Source: Nitrospirota bacterium (GTDB taxonomy: Bacteria > JACPQY01). From it: a stretch of 64,000 nt of DNA. This document shows positions 18,167 through 29,799 of the stretch, one piece after another. Location of the stretch: positions 1 through 64,000 of the forward strand of contig JACPAV010000013.1 in the NCBI GenBank assembly GCA_016180645.1. Reading direction: 5' to 3'. The translations under genes were made by a program, and so were the position numbers. Within the stretch, counting starts at the first letter, position 1. Each line of letters starts with the position of its first letter. The notes below the pieces were generated by a model that made no database searches, was not told the origin of the DNA, and worked only from the letters and a program-made list of their open reading frames with translations.

Positions 18167-19153
18167 ATGGCCCATCAACCCTTGGCTCAATCCGGTCGCG
18201 TGCTGGTAGTGGACGACGAAGCACAGGTTCGCGAATTGACCGCCCGACTCCTGCGTGGCGCCGGCTGGCTGGTGGATGAGGCCTCAAGCGGGGAGCAGGC
18301 TCTGGAGCTGCTTGTGGCGACGCCGCCGGATCTCGTTTTGCTGGACATCCAGATGCGGGGGATGAGCGGCCACAAGGTTCTTGAGGCCATCCGCTCGTCC
18401 GCGGCAACGCGCTTGTTGCCGGTGATCATGTTGACGGGCGCGGGGACGCGCGACGACAAGCTCCGGGCGATTCAGGAAGGGGTCACTGACTTCATCACCA
18501 AGCCATTTGATACGGAGGAACTTATCGCGCGTGTTGGCTCACTCATTCGGATCAAGTGGTTCACGGACGAGCTGGAAGAGGCGGAACGCGTCATCATCAC
18601 GCTGGCCCGAACCATCGATGCGCGCGACCGCTACACGGCCGGGCACAGCGAGCGTGTGTCGCGATTCGCGGGACTGCTGGGAGAGCGGATCGGTTTGAAC
18701 GACATGGAACTCCGGGCGGTGCGCCGCGGGGCGTTGTTTCATGATCTGGGCAAGATCGCCGTCCGAGACGACGTCCTTCTCAAGAAGGGTGCCCTTACCC
18801 CCGAGGAACAGAATCACATGAAAATCCATCCCGTGGCCGGCCGCGAATTGATTCAGCCCATGAAAAGCATGTCCTACGCCTTGGACGTGGTGTATCACCA
18901 CCACGAACGGATGGACGGATCCGGATACCCCGCGGGATTGAGCGGCGAGGCGATTCCCTTGGCGGCGCGCATCACCATGACGGCCGATATCTACGATGCG
19001 CTCACCTCGGATCGGGTGTATCGGCCCGCGGTGACCCGGGAGCGGGCGATCGAGATGATGACGGAGGAGGCCCGCAAGGGTTGGAGGGACGCGCGGCTGC
19101 TGGACGAATTCAAGGGCGTGTTGGAAAAAATACCGGAAGGGCTTCCCGGCTGA
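18167..19153 (+). CDS. Receiver + HD-GYP cyclic di-GMP phosphodiesterase (RpfG-like)
   Basis: GHSERV, HDLGK, HHERMDGSGYP, ADIYDALTSDRVY. Confidence 0.95.
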   Translation: MAHQPLAQSGRVLVVDDEAQVRELTARLLRGAGWLVDEASSGEQALELLVATPPDLVLLDIQMRGMSGHKVLEAIRSSAATRLLPVIMLTGAGTRDDKLRAIQEGVTDFITKPFDTEELIARVGSLIRIKWFTDELEEAERVIITLARTIDARDRYTAGHSERVSRFAGLLGERIGLNDMELRAVRRGALFHDLGKIAVRDDVLLKKGALTPEEQNHMKIHPVAGRELIQPMKSMSYALDVVYHHHERMDGSGYPAGLSGEAIPLAARITMTADIYDALTSDRVYRPAVTRERAIEMMTEEARKGWRDARLLDEFKGVLEKIPEGLPG

Positions 19154-19157
19154 AGTC

Positions 19158-20531
19158 ATGGCCCGGCCGCGAGTGCTCTGGTTCGGTCCGAGGCTGTTCG
19201 GCCCGGAGAAGTGGGGAAGCCTCGACGTGGTGCGCGCGGGCCCGGACGAGGGGAGTGACATTCAGCTTCCATGGCAAGCCCTCTATTTTCTCGATCCCAT
19301 CGCGAAAGAGGTAAAACCGGACCTCCTTGCGGTGGAAGCCGCCTATGGCTTTCGCATCGCCGACCTCCACCACCTGGGGATCCCGAAGGTGTACACCGTG
19401 TGGGACCCTCAAATCTCCTGGGAATATGAGCGATACTACGTTCCGCTTTTCGACGCGGTGGCCGTCTCTCAACGGGAGTATCTTCGCGACGCCGAGTCGT
19501 CGGGCGCCCAGGCCGTCTGGTTTCCGCACTACTCCTCGCTGACGCCGGAGGAGTGCGATGGGCGCCCCCCGGGCGGTTTCCGGCCGACGGACGTCTGCTT
19601 CGTGGGCAACGTCGAAAGCCCGTTCAGATTCGACCGCTCCCGGCATGATTTCCTGCAATCGGTGGCGGGAAGCCTCCCCAAGGAGGTCACGCACCATTTC
19701 GGCCGGGGCGATTGGAAAGAGATCTACTCCAGGTCCAAGATCGTGCTGAACCATTCCCTGAAAGGGGAAATCAACTTGAGACTGTTCGAGGGGATGTCGT
19801 GTGGCGCCTTGGTGCTGAACCCCGCCACCGGGGCATCGCTCGGAGGGGCGCTCCAATCGGCGGTCCATTTCGCGGAGTACAAACCGGGCGACGCGGACAG
19901 CGCGGTGGAATCCATCCGCTCGTGGCTGGCGCGGAAGGAGGATCTGGACCGGGTGGCCCGGGAGGGACATGCCGCCGTGCGGCACGGACATCTCCTTTTC
20001 CACCGTATGGGGCAGTGGAGCGGGTGGGTGAACGAGTGGAGCGCTCGCGGGCCGAGACCCATTGATCCCGGCCATGGCAACATCCACACCGCGCTCTCAC
20101 TCCTGAGCGTCATTCTGCTGCGCGCGTTTCCCATGGAAGGCGACCACCTTGAAGCGTTCGAGAAGATCGCCAATGTCTACCTGGAGGCGGCGCTGGCTGC
20201 GTGTGAACAAATTCCCTCCGCCTCGCCGTCATTCGCCGCGGCGCAGTTCATTACGGCGATGGTGCAAACCCTGAGGGGGGATGTCTTCGCGTCCCACGCG
20301 GCATTGGAGTCAGTGTACGGCCATCCGGATTTCGAACGCTTGGCGCCGGTGATCGGGGAGTGGGTGGATTCCGGGTCGGGAACGGCGAAGGCGACGGTGC
20401 CGGCGAGCGAAGCGGGCGGGCTCGGCTATCTCGTCCAGATGGTGAGCCGGATCGTCCACTCCGGCAAAGGCCTGATCGGCTTCCGGCTGGATCAGACGCG
20501 GGCGGCTCCTATCGAGGCTAAGAGCCTCTAA
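19158..20531 (+). CDS. GT-B glycosyltransferase-like protein (CgeB type)
   Basis: DVCFVG, IYSRSKIVLN, INLRLFEGMSCGAL; stop codon lies inside the downstream repeat. Confidence 0.75.
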   Translation: MARPRVLWFGPRLFGPEKWGSLDVVRAGPDEGSDIQLPWQALYFLDPIAKEVKPDLLAVEAAYGFRIADLHHLGIPKVYTVWDPQISWEYERYYVPLFDAVAVSQREYLRDAESSGAQAVWFPHYSSLTPEECDGRPPGGFRPTDVCFVGNVESPFRFDRSRHDFLQSVAGSLPKEVTHHFGRGDWKEIYSRSKIVLNHSLKGEINLRLFEGMSCGALVLNPATGASLGGALQSAVHFAEYKPGDADSAVESIRSWLARKEDLDRVAREGHAAVRHGHLLFHRMGQWSGWVNEWSARGPRPIDPGHGNIHTALSLLSVILLRAFPMEGDHLEAFEKIANVYLEAALAACEQIPSASPSFAAAQFITAMVQTLRGDVFASHAALESVYGHPDFERLAPVIGEWVDSGSGTAKATVPASEAGGLGYLVQMVSRIVHSGKGLIGFRLDQTRAAPIEAKSL

Positions 20532-20623
20532 CAGAATGCATAGGGGAGGGCCTTCAGGCCCTCCCGACAAGAGGGAGCATCTGAAGATGCTCCCCTACGA
20601 ATCGGCATTCTGTCAGAGGCTCT
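20521..20623. mobile_element. 103-bp MITE/REPIN-like element
   Basis: Terminal inverted repeats AGAGCCTCTRACAGAATGC, internal REP doublet, TA on both sides, inserted in the CTATCGAGGC palindrome. Confidence 0.85.
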
Positions 20624-20696
20624 TAGCCTCGATAGGGAATCGAAGCGGCCGCGCCAACGGCGGGCGGTCCGGCAGGAGGCCGGCCGTCCTCTCGAC

Positions 20697-21704
20697 TTAT
20701 TTGGCGGGCAGGAGGGCCGCGATCCGGGGAGAGGGCGGGTCGGAGTAGACCGGGAAACCGGCGAGTTCCGTGACGCGGCTGAAGCTCAGGGGGGCTTCCT
20801 CCTCTCCACGGCAACTGTACCAGCACGCTTTGCAGCCGTTGATGACGTCCGCCCCGGGCTCGAAATCCTTGTAATGAGTCAGGAGGGGAAGCTCGGCGCA
20901 GGGCTTCACCATTCCGGCCGGAGTGATCTGGAACCAGCGGATACCCGCCTTGCACCCATCGATGCCGCCGCCGAAAAAGAAATCCGGGATCCGACTCAGG
21001 TAGTAGTCCGAGCTGAGGATGTTTCGCATCTCGCGCTTGGCGAGGAGGAGCTGCCGGATCGTCCCCAGGAGTTTTTCGCGCGAGGCCTCCGAGATGAAAT
21101 GCCTCGTCTGGCCGTTCTTGGCGGAGGAGTAGGTGCTGAAATTGACGTACATCTCCCGCTCCTTCGCGAAGCGGACGATGGGCAGGAGATCGTCCAGGTT
21201 GTCTTCCATGATGATGGTGTTGAAGGCCACGCGTTCGTAGCCCATCGGTGGGAGGGCCTGGGTAATCTCGGCAATGTGTTCGAACAGATTCTCGCAACCG
21301 CGCGATTTCGTGTGGCGCTCGCCCATGTAATCGAGGGAGATACAGAGTTGATCGAGTCCCGCCTCGCGAAGCGCGCGCGCCTTGTCGAGCGTGAGAAGGG
21401 AGCCGTTCGTGACCATGGAAAGATGAACGAAGAAAGCGGCCTGCTTGATGCTGCGGACGATGTCCGGCAAATCTTTGCGGAGCATGGGTTCGCCGCCGGT
21501 GAGGGTGACGACCATCGGCTTGAACTTGCGCACGATCTCCGCGTAGTCGTCGAGCCGCAGTTCTTCCTCCGTCTTCCAGTAGTCGCAGAAGTCGCAGGTG
21601 GCGTTGCAGAACTTGGTGACCTCCAGGTTGAGATGGACCGGTCGGTTCTGGAGCCTTCCGGTCGCGAAGTGCGCGACACCTTTGACCGCTTTGACGAGTT
21701 GCAT
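20697..21704 (-). CDS. Radical SAM protein with a SPASM/twitch-type C-terminus
   Basis: CNATCDFC, TGGEP, CKAG..GMVKPC..CKACWYSC. Confidence 0.92.
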   Translation of the reverse strand: MQLVKAVKGVAHFATGRLQNRPVHLNLEVTKFCNATCDFCDYWKTEEELRLDDYAEIVRKFKPMVVTLTGGEPMLRKDLPDIVRSIKQAAFFVHLSMVTNGSLLTLDKARALREAGLDQLCISLDYMGERHTKSRGCENLFEHIAEITQALPPMGYERVAFNTIIMEDNLDDLLPIVRFAKEREMYVNFSTYSSAKNGQTRHFISEASREKLLGTIRQLLLAKREMRNILSSDYYLSRIPDFFFGGGIDGCKAGIRWFQITPAGMVKPCAELPLLTHYKDFEPGADVINGCKACWYSCRGEEEAPLSFSRVTELAGFPVYSDPPSPRIAALLPAK

Positions 21705-21783
21705 GGATCGCTCTGGTATTGAAGCGAAGTTATTTTACATCGAGCGCAATCGAGTTGAAAGACAAATCCGTTTCTTGCGACCA

Positions 21784-21886
21784 AGAGCCTCTAACAGAAT
21801 GCGTAGGGGAGGGTCTTCAGGCCCTCCCGACAAGAGGGAGCATCTGAAGATGCTCCCCTACGAATCGGCATTCTGTTAGAGGCTCT
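21784..21886. mobile_element. 103-bp MITE/REPIN-like element
   Basis: Near-identical direct copy of 20521-20623. Confidence 0.85.
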
Positions 21887-21900
21887 AGAGAGGCCGAACC

Positions 21901-21969
21901 CCATGCCGAGGATGGTATGGGGCCTTGAAAGGTCGCGGTGCCACGGATGGCACGCCACGGAACATGGCC
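21901..21969 (+). mobile_element. 69-nt twin GGA-hairpin element, family A
   Basis: Removal restores the 15-bp stem GAGGCCGAACCTCGA / TCGAGGTTCGGCCTC; CC duplicated. Confidence 0.82.
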
Positions 21970-22008
21970 TCGACAGCAACTATCGAGGTTCGGCCTCGGA
22001 CACCTGAG

Positions 22009-22998
<990 letters not shown>

Positions 22999-23043
22999 TC
23001 AGAATTTCATCCCGTACCCGGACGGCCCGGCTCTCACGGGAGC

Positions 23044-24321
<1,278 letters not shown>

Positions 24322-24329
24322 GGCGGCGG

Positions 24330-24358
24330 ATGTTATAGAGTGAATATCCACGTGTCAA
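24330..24358 (-). promoter_or_regulatory. Sigma70 promoter of icd-mdh
   Basis: TTGACA-N17-TAACAT, 8 nt before the ATG. Confidence 0.75.
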
Positions 24359-24449
24359 TGACGGGGAATATTCGAATGACGATTCTGCCGGTCCTGAAAC
24401 GGACTTCGCGCGTTGCGCGGCCCGGAAGGAGTGGGTAAACTGCTTTTTC

Positions 24450-25148
24450 ATGGATTCACGAAACACGTGGATGTCGTATGCTTTGCTGGTGGTTGGCGCG
24501 CTTGTGCCGTGGCTCGCCACGTACGTGGAGAGCGGCCGGCTCCCGCGCACGCCTGAGGAGACCACTTCCGAGTTGATCACCACCGTGTTCATTCTGTTCC
24601 TCGGGTATGCCGGACTCTCCATCATCCGCAAACAGAACACCGTACTGCAGGAACAAAACCAGCTTCTCGAGACACAATCGCGTACCGACGGCCTGACCGG
24701 GTTGTACAACCACCGCTCGTTTCTGGACGCGCTCAGGGCCGAGGTGAAATCCGCGGAGCTCCGCGGCAATCAACTTTCTCTCGCGTTTCTGGACCTGGAC
24801 GGTTTCAAGGAACTCAACGACTCCCTCGGACATGTGGAAGGAGACCGCATCTTGAGGGAGGTGGCCAAACTTCTGCGCACGCATCTGGGGCGGGTGACCG
24901 AATGGGTGTTTCGCTATGGCGGAGATGAGTTTGCCGTGATCGTGCCGGGGAAATCGAGCGCTCAGGTGGCCCAGATGATCGAACCTCTGGTGGGCGATTT
25001 GGAACTGAGCAGCCACGGGCGCTGTTCGGTGAGCGCCGGCGTGGCGCAGTGGAAGCGGGGGATTTCCGCCGGTGATCTGGTGAAGATGTCGGACAGCGCC
25101 ATGTACCGGGCGAAGGACAATCAAGAGAGCCGGGTGGTGGAGGCGTAG
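24450..25148 (+). CDS. Membrane diguanylate cyclase
   Basis: Two TM segments, DGLTGLYN, DLDGFK..ND..GH..GD, RYGGDEF. Confidence 0.95.
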   Translation: MDSRNTWMSYALLVVGALVPWLATYVESGRLPRTPEETTSELITTVFILFLGYAGLSIIRKQNTVLQEQNQLLETQSRTDGLTGLYNHRSFLDALRAEVKSAELRGNQLSLAFLDLDGFKELNDSLGHVEGDRILREVAKLLRTHLGRVTEWVFRYGGDEFAVIVPGKSSAQVAQMIEPLVGDLELSSHGRCSVSAGVAQWKRGISAGDLVKMSDSAMYRAKDNQESRVVEA

Positions 25149-25172
25149 GAATGAAGTGCGCACGGGTCGAGC

Positions 25173-25322
25173 GAGATTGCTTCGGTCGGTCGTTGCGACC
25201 TCCCCCTTGCCCAGGATGGCATGGGGCCATGCAATGTCGCCGCGCCGAGGACGGCGCGGCATGGACCATGGCCTCGCAATGACCACACCCCACCGTCATT
25301 GCGAGCGGAGCGAAGCAATCTC
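25173..25322. repeat. GTCATTGCGAG-type palindromic doublet, interrupted by a 69-nt element
   Basis: GAGATTGCTTCG / CGAAGCAATCTC and CTCGCAATGAC / GTCATTGCGAG arms. Confidence 0.85.
25205..25273 (+). mobile_element. 69-nt twin GGA-hairpin element, family A
   Basis: Nearly identical to 7171-7239. Confidence 0.8.
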
Positions 25323-25334
25323 AAGTGCTACAGA

Positions 25335-26780
25335 ATGACCGCTCAAATCCCCCTCGAACAAATCGACGACGTCCGCTGGCGGATTCCCGCGTATGGCGAC
25401 ATGCGTGTGGACGGCATCGTGTTCGCGTCGAAGCAGCTCATGGATGCGATCCGCACGGATCAGAGTCTCCAGCAGGTGGCGAACGTGGCGACGCTGCCCG
25501 GAATTCAGAAAGCCTCCTACGCCATGCCGGATATCCATTGGGGTTACGGTTTTCCGATCGGGGGAGTCGCCGCCTTCGACATGGACACCGGCGTCGTTTC
25601 GCCGGGCGGGGTCGGATACGACATCAACTGAGGAGTGAGACTCCTGCGCTCCGGTCTGGAGCGCGAGGAGGTCGAAGCGCGAAAGCGCGATCTGATCCCG
25701 GCCCTGTTCAGTCGCATCCCCACCGGCGTCGGCTCCCACGGCGCCTATGACCTGAACGCCCGCGAAGAGGACGAGGTCTACTCCCGCGGTGCCCAGTGGG
25801 CCGTGAGCAAAGGGATGGGACTCCACGAGGATCTCCAGCATATCGAGGAGAACGGCTGTTTTCCGAATGCGGAGCCGTCCGAAGTGAGCGATCGCGCGAA
25901 GAAGAGGGGTCGTCCCCAACTCGGCACGCTCGGATCGGGGAACCATTTTCTCGAAATCCAGTACGTGGAAGAAATCTACGACGATCCCGCCGCGAATCAG
26001 ATCGGCCTGTTCAAGAATCAGGTGGTGGTGCTCATTCACACGGGGAGCCGGGGGTTCGGACATCAGATTTGCGACGATTCCATCCAAGCCATGCTCCGTG
26101 CCTCGCAAAAATATGGAATCCAACTGGCCGATCGCCAACTGTGTTGCGCGCCGATCCGAAGCGCCGAGGGCCAGAGCTACCTTCAGGCGATGGCCTGCGG
26201 TGTGAACTATGCGTTCGCCAATCGACAGCTCATCACGCACGGCGTTCGGGAAGTCTTCAGGGAGTTCTTTGATAAATCCGAGAAAGATATCGCTTTGTCC
26301 GTTGTCTACGATGTGTGCCACAACATTGCCAAGATGGAGCGGCACAAGGTGGGGAGCGTGGAGAAGGAGTACTGCGTGCACCGGAAGGGGGCGACTCGGG
26401 CCTTTGCGCCGGGACACCCGAAGGTGCCGCAGGACTATCGCAAGATCGGCCAACCGGTGCTGATCCCGGGGGACATGGGCCGGTACTCCTACGTGCTGGT
26501 GGGCACCGAAGGGGCGATGGGAGAGGCATTCGGCTCGACCTGTCATGGCGCGGGCCGGCAGATGAGCCGGACGAAGGCCAAGCAGGTGGCGCGAGGGCGG
26601 AATATCGAACACGAGCTCGAAGGGCGCGGTGTCGTCGCGCATTCGGCCACACGAGCGGGTCTCGCGGAGGAGATTTCCGAGGCCTACAAGGACGTGGCCG
26701 ATGTGGTTGACGTCGTCCACCGTGCGGGTCTTTCCCGCAAAGTCGCCCGGCTCCGCCCGATGGCCGTCATCAAGGGGTAG
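25335..26780 (+). CDS. rtcB: RNA 3'-phosphate/5'-OH ligase RtcB, 481 aa, with predicted selenocysteine at codon 99 (TGA 25629-25631)
   Basis: [59 protein letters not shown] all in one frame across the TGA. Confidence 0.93.
25641..25670 (+). promoter_or_regulatory. Candidate bacterial SECIS element
   Basis: CTCCTGCGCTCC-GGTCT-GGAGCGC(G)AGGAG hairpin starting 9 nt after the TGA; loop resembles the GGUCU apex of the E. coli fdhF SECIS. Confidence 0.8.
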
Positions 26781-26791
26781 GGACAAGTTTC

Positions 26792-28237
26792 TTGGATTGG
26801 CGATTTCTTCCTTCCGCCATTCAGGGCTTGGGGGGCGTTCCAAGGCCGATACGAGTTCTCGTGTTTCTGCTGATGGCAGTTGCCGTTGGATGCGGTGGCT
26901 CTGAAAAGCCCAAGCCTCCCTGTGGGGAGGACGAACTGAGCGTTATCCATCCCGAAATCGTCTTTGCCAATGTGGGCCGGGGCGCCGCCTTTACCACCTC
27001 CGCGAAGTATGTTCGGGCCGATTGCGAGGAGACGGCTCTACCGGTGAATCTGGAGGCTGATTCAGGCGTCGAAATTCGGCGCGTTGGGGATGAGACCTCC
27101 CTCGTCCCGAAGGTTGAAGGCACGCACACGATCCTTGTGTCGGCGACTTACGAGGGGATGGAAGTCCAGGCCACGGTCAAGCTGGTGGCGCTTGGGAACG
27201 CTACAGTCGAGGGAGCGTACGTGGTCCGAACAAGAAACGTCGTGCGAAGGCTCGATTCACCTTTCAGCGAGGGCTTGGATTGGTTCTTCGGATGCTACGG
27301 AGAGATGGTAGCCACTTCTCACTTCGTGTCATGTATTGGCGCGCCATTGATGGGGACACAGGTAGTTAGCCCGCGACTCGATCGGCTGCTGGTTGATTCG
27401 GGCGTCGGCGTAATCTTGCTCCCTTACATCTGGGGACTGGGTGGCGACGGCCCACTCTTGGGGAGAGCCAGCTCGCTTTCGCCGGTACTGATGGTTGATG
27501 AAATCTCACCGGACGCAGGCATTTTGAGAACCGCCACGTATGAACCTCCGCCGAATCCGATCCGGGAAAGACTAGACGAGGAATCTTGTTCCCTCCGCAA
27601 AAAAACAATGTGCCCCGGTCGGCTTGCGAATCGTCCGAACAACGTTGCTATCGAAGGCAACCTCGTCGCGATGACCGATCTCCTGGGCGGCCTGTACCTC
27701 CTTCGATACGTCGACGGGACTCTTGTCGAACTCGCGCGCACGTATCCGACTTCCGAATTGAAGGTGCGCGGAGAGTCCGAACACCCCATCCCCGTGGTCC
27801 TGGATGGAACGTCATTGTGGATGTTCTACGGGGGAAACTTTGTCGTTCACGACATCTCGGAGGTGGCATCACCACGCATGATCGCAAAAGGAACGCTTCC
27901 CCGCGGCAGCCTTCCGATCACGGCTCGTTCGGGCCGCCTCTGGCTGATCGATGGGAGCAGGTTGGAGGTCGATCGGCTGGAAGGGGGAATTCCGGTCAAG
28001 AGAGATGAATTTGATCTGGGTAGCCGGGTAGCAGGTTTGGCCGTTCTCCGTTCGCGTGTCGTCCTGCTCGGGGACACTTCTTTGGTCGAATTGGAGGCCG
28101 ACGAAAGCGACAAACTGAGACCTCTTCGCAAGATCGCCCATTATGGGGCTGGAATGGGTGGAATCGCCTATGCGCCGGACGGTTCGATTCTCGCGGGCGG
28201 TTACGGCTTCATCCTCCGGATCGCCTCCGCGCCATGA
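26792..28237 (+). CDS. Hypothetical lipoprotein, beta-rich or propeller-like; start uncertain
   Basis: Long ORF with a hydrophobic stretch and AVGC lipobox. Confidence 0.6.
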   Translation: MDWRFLPSAIQGLGGVPRPIRVLVFLLMAVAVGCGGSEKPKPPCGEDELSVIHPEIVFANVGRGAAFTTSAKYVRADCEETALPVNLEADSGVEIRRVGDETSLVPKVEGTHTILVSATYEGMEVQATVKLVALGNATVEGAYVVRTRNVVRRLDSPFSEGLDWFFGCYGEMVATSHFVSCIGAPLMGTQVVSPRLDRLLVDSGVGVILLPYIWGLGGDGPLLGRASSLSPVLMVDEISPDAGILRTATYEPPPNPIRERLDEESCSLRKKTMCPGRLANRPNNVAIEGNLVAMTDLLGGLYLLRYVDGTLVELARTYPTSELKVRGESEHPIPVVLDGTSLWMFYGGNFVVHDISEVASPRMIAKGTLPRGSLPITARSGRLWLIDGSRLEVDRLEGGIPVKRDEFDLGSRVAGLAVLRSRVVLLGDTSLVELEADESDKLRPLRKIAHYGAGMGGIAYAPDGSILAGGYGFILRIASAP

Positions 28238-28262
28238 GCGTGAACAAGGGTTGACTCTGCGG

Positions 28263-28631
28263 TCAGGAGGGCAGTTCCAAAAGGCGCCGGAGTTGCTCTC
28301 GAAGGATTGATACCTCATCGGCCAGCGCCTTCACCTGCTCAGGCGTGAGCCACCCTTCGTAAAAATTGATGTGGAGGGCGCTTGCGTCGGCAAAGAATTT
28401 CTGGAGGTCTTTGAGGCCGGTTTCCTGCGCAATTCTCCCGATGATCTTGAAAAGAGTGGCGTGTCCGTCGTGAGGCCACCCACGCTCTTCGGCCAAGGCC
28501 TTGACCAGTTCAGCGGCGCATCCCCAGAGCTTCTCGGAGGCTTGAGGCCAATCCTCTTCCGAGATCAATTTCTGGGAATGCTGCCAATACTGATCGCTCA
28601 GGGCAACGTAGTGATCGGCCTTTGGCGACAT
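28263..28631 (-). CDS. PaREP1-family (HEPN-like fold) protein
   Basis: QASEKLWG.AA..VKALA..GW.H..H and LHINFYE. Confidence 0.8.
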   Translation of the reverse strand: MSPKADHYVALSDQYWQHSQKLISEEDWPQASEKLWGCAAELVKALAEERGWPHDGHATLFKIIGRIAQETGLKDLQKFFADASALHINFYEGWLTPEQVKALADEVSILREQLRRLLELPS

Positions 28632-28693
28632 GTTCGTATCCCGATTTGGATGCTACGCCGGAGGAGGAGTTTCCGCAACCTGCCGGCCCGAAC

Positions 28694-29788
28694 TCAGACG
28701 GGCTGAGTCTTTGCGCTTCCCTCGCGAACCGAAAGGATGTTGTTGGCGAGGAAGAGGAGGATGGCGAGGGCGTTGATGAGTCCGGCGTAGTAACGCAGGT
28801 GGGGCCAAGTGCTCAGATCCGCGAAGACTCGGAGGAGAAGGGAGAGATGCAGAAGAGCGAAGTGGGCGTAGAAGCGTGGACTGTAGGGCATGGCCTTGCC
28901 GGTGACGGCGGGGAACATGATCGGGGCGTGACCGAAGATCATCGAGAAGACAAACCCCAACAGGATCGAGTGAAGAATCGCATCATGGGATAGCCCGGCT
29001 GGGACATCACCGTAAAGCACGAGGAGCAGCCCGCCGAGGGCGAGCCAAGGGTAGCCCGACAAAATACACGTGGCGGTGAAGCGGGGCAGGCCCGTCTGCT
29101 GAATCGTTTTCCGGGCGAGGTCGTAGCGGAAGAGCCAAAGCGCAAGACCTACGAAGCCCGCACCGAGGAGTCGCGATCCGAGATTGAACAGGTGGTGGGA
29201 GATGCCCGCCGCCGCAATCAGAAATACCGCGAGAAGAGTAAACAACACATTCCGCAGCCAGGATCGGGCGGTTGAAGCGCCGCCGAATCGGGAGAGTTCA
29301 AGCCGTTCTCCGGCGATGGTGAAGACCAGGAACAGGATCCACGCATGGATGGCTTCCGCCAACGGCGCTCCATGCAGCCACAGCACGCATCCGAGCAGCC
29401 AGTGCGCCGCACCGGCAACCATCACGCCCGTGTGGAGGCCGGGTTGCCGCTTGAAGATGAAAAGCATGACCAGAACGAGTCCCCCCGACGCTGCAACGGA
29501 GAAGGCAGCCGGGAAGACCGGTGGCGCTCCACCCACGAGGGTGATCACGCCGGCGAGATTGAGGACCGGAAACACGTAGGCCCACTTCTTTCGGATGCCG
29601 ACGGCCCGTTCGAGGCCGATGAGCGTGCCGAGGAACCCGGAGAGCAGGAGGGGACCGTGGAGACTCGGCCAGTCCACGCGTGGAGCGGGCAGCTCCCAGC
29701 CGAGCCGGACCAGACCGGTCCATAGGCCGGCGAGGAGCGTAAGAAGTCCTCCCGCCATGATCGGAATTTTCAGTCGCGATGAAATCAT
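28694..29788 (-). CDS. Polytopic membrane protein, NnrS-like
   Basis: HGPLLLSGFLGTLIGLERA, TIAGERLEL, HSILLGFVFSMIFGHAP; many TM segments. Confidence 0.7.
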   Translation of the reverse strand: MISSRLKIPIMAGGLLTLLAGLWTGLVRLGWELPAPRVDWPSLHGPLLLSGFLGTLIGLERAVGIRKKWAYVFPVLNLAGVITLVGGAPPVFPAAFSVAASGGLVLVMLFIFKRQPGLHTGVMVAGAAHWLLGCVLWLHGAPLAEAIHAWILFLVFTIAGERLELSRFGGASTARSWLRNVLFTLLAVFLIAAAGISHHLFNLGSRLLGAGFVGLALWLFRYDLARKTIQQTGLPRFTATCILSGYPWLALGGLLLVLYGDVPAGLSHDAILHSILLGFVFSMIFGHAPIMFPAVTGKAMPYSPRFYAHFALLHLSLLLRVFADLSTWPHLRYYAGLINALAILLFLANNILSVREGSAKTQPV

Positions 29789-29799
29789 CAGGTTCGATT

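Noticed and set aside
25629-25631. rtcB as a nonsense pseudogene or as two genes
   Set aside because: The stop is TGA exactly at the conserved Cys, a SECIS-like hairpin follows, and there is no other decay.
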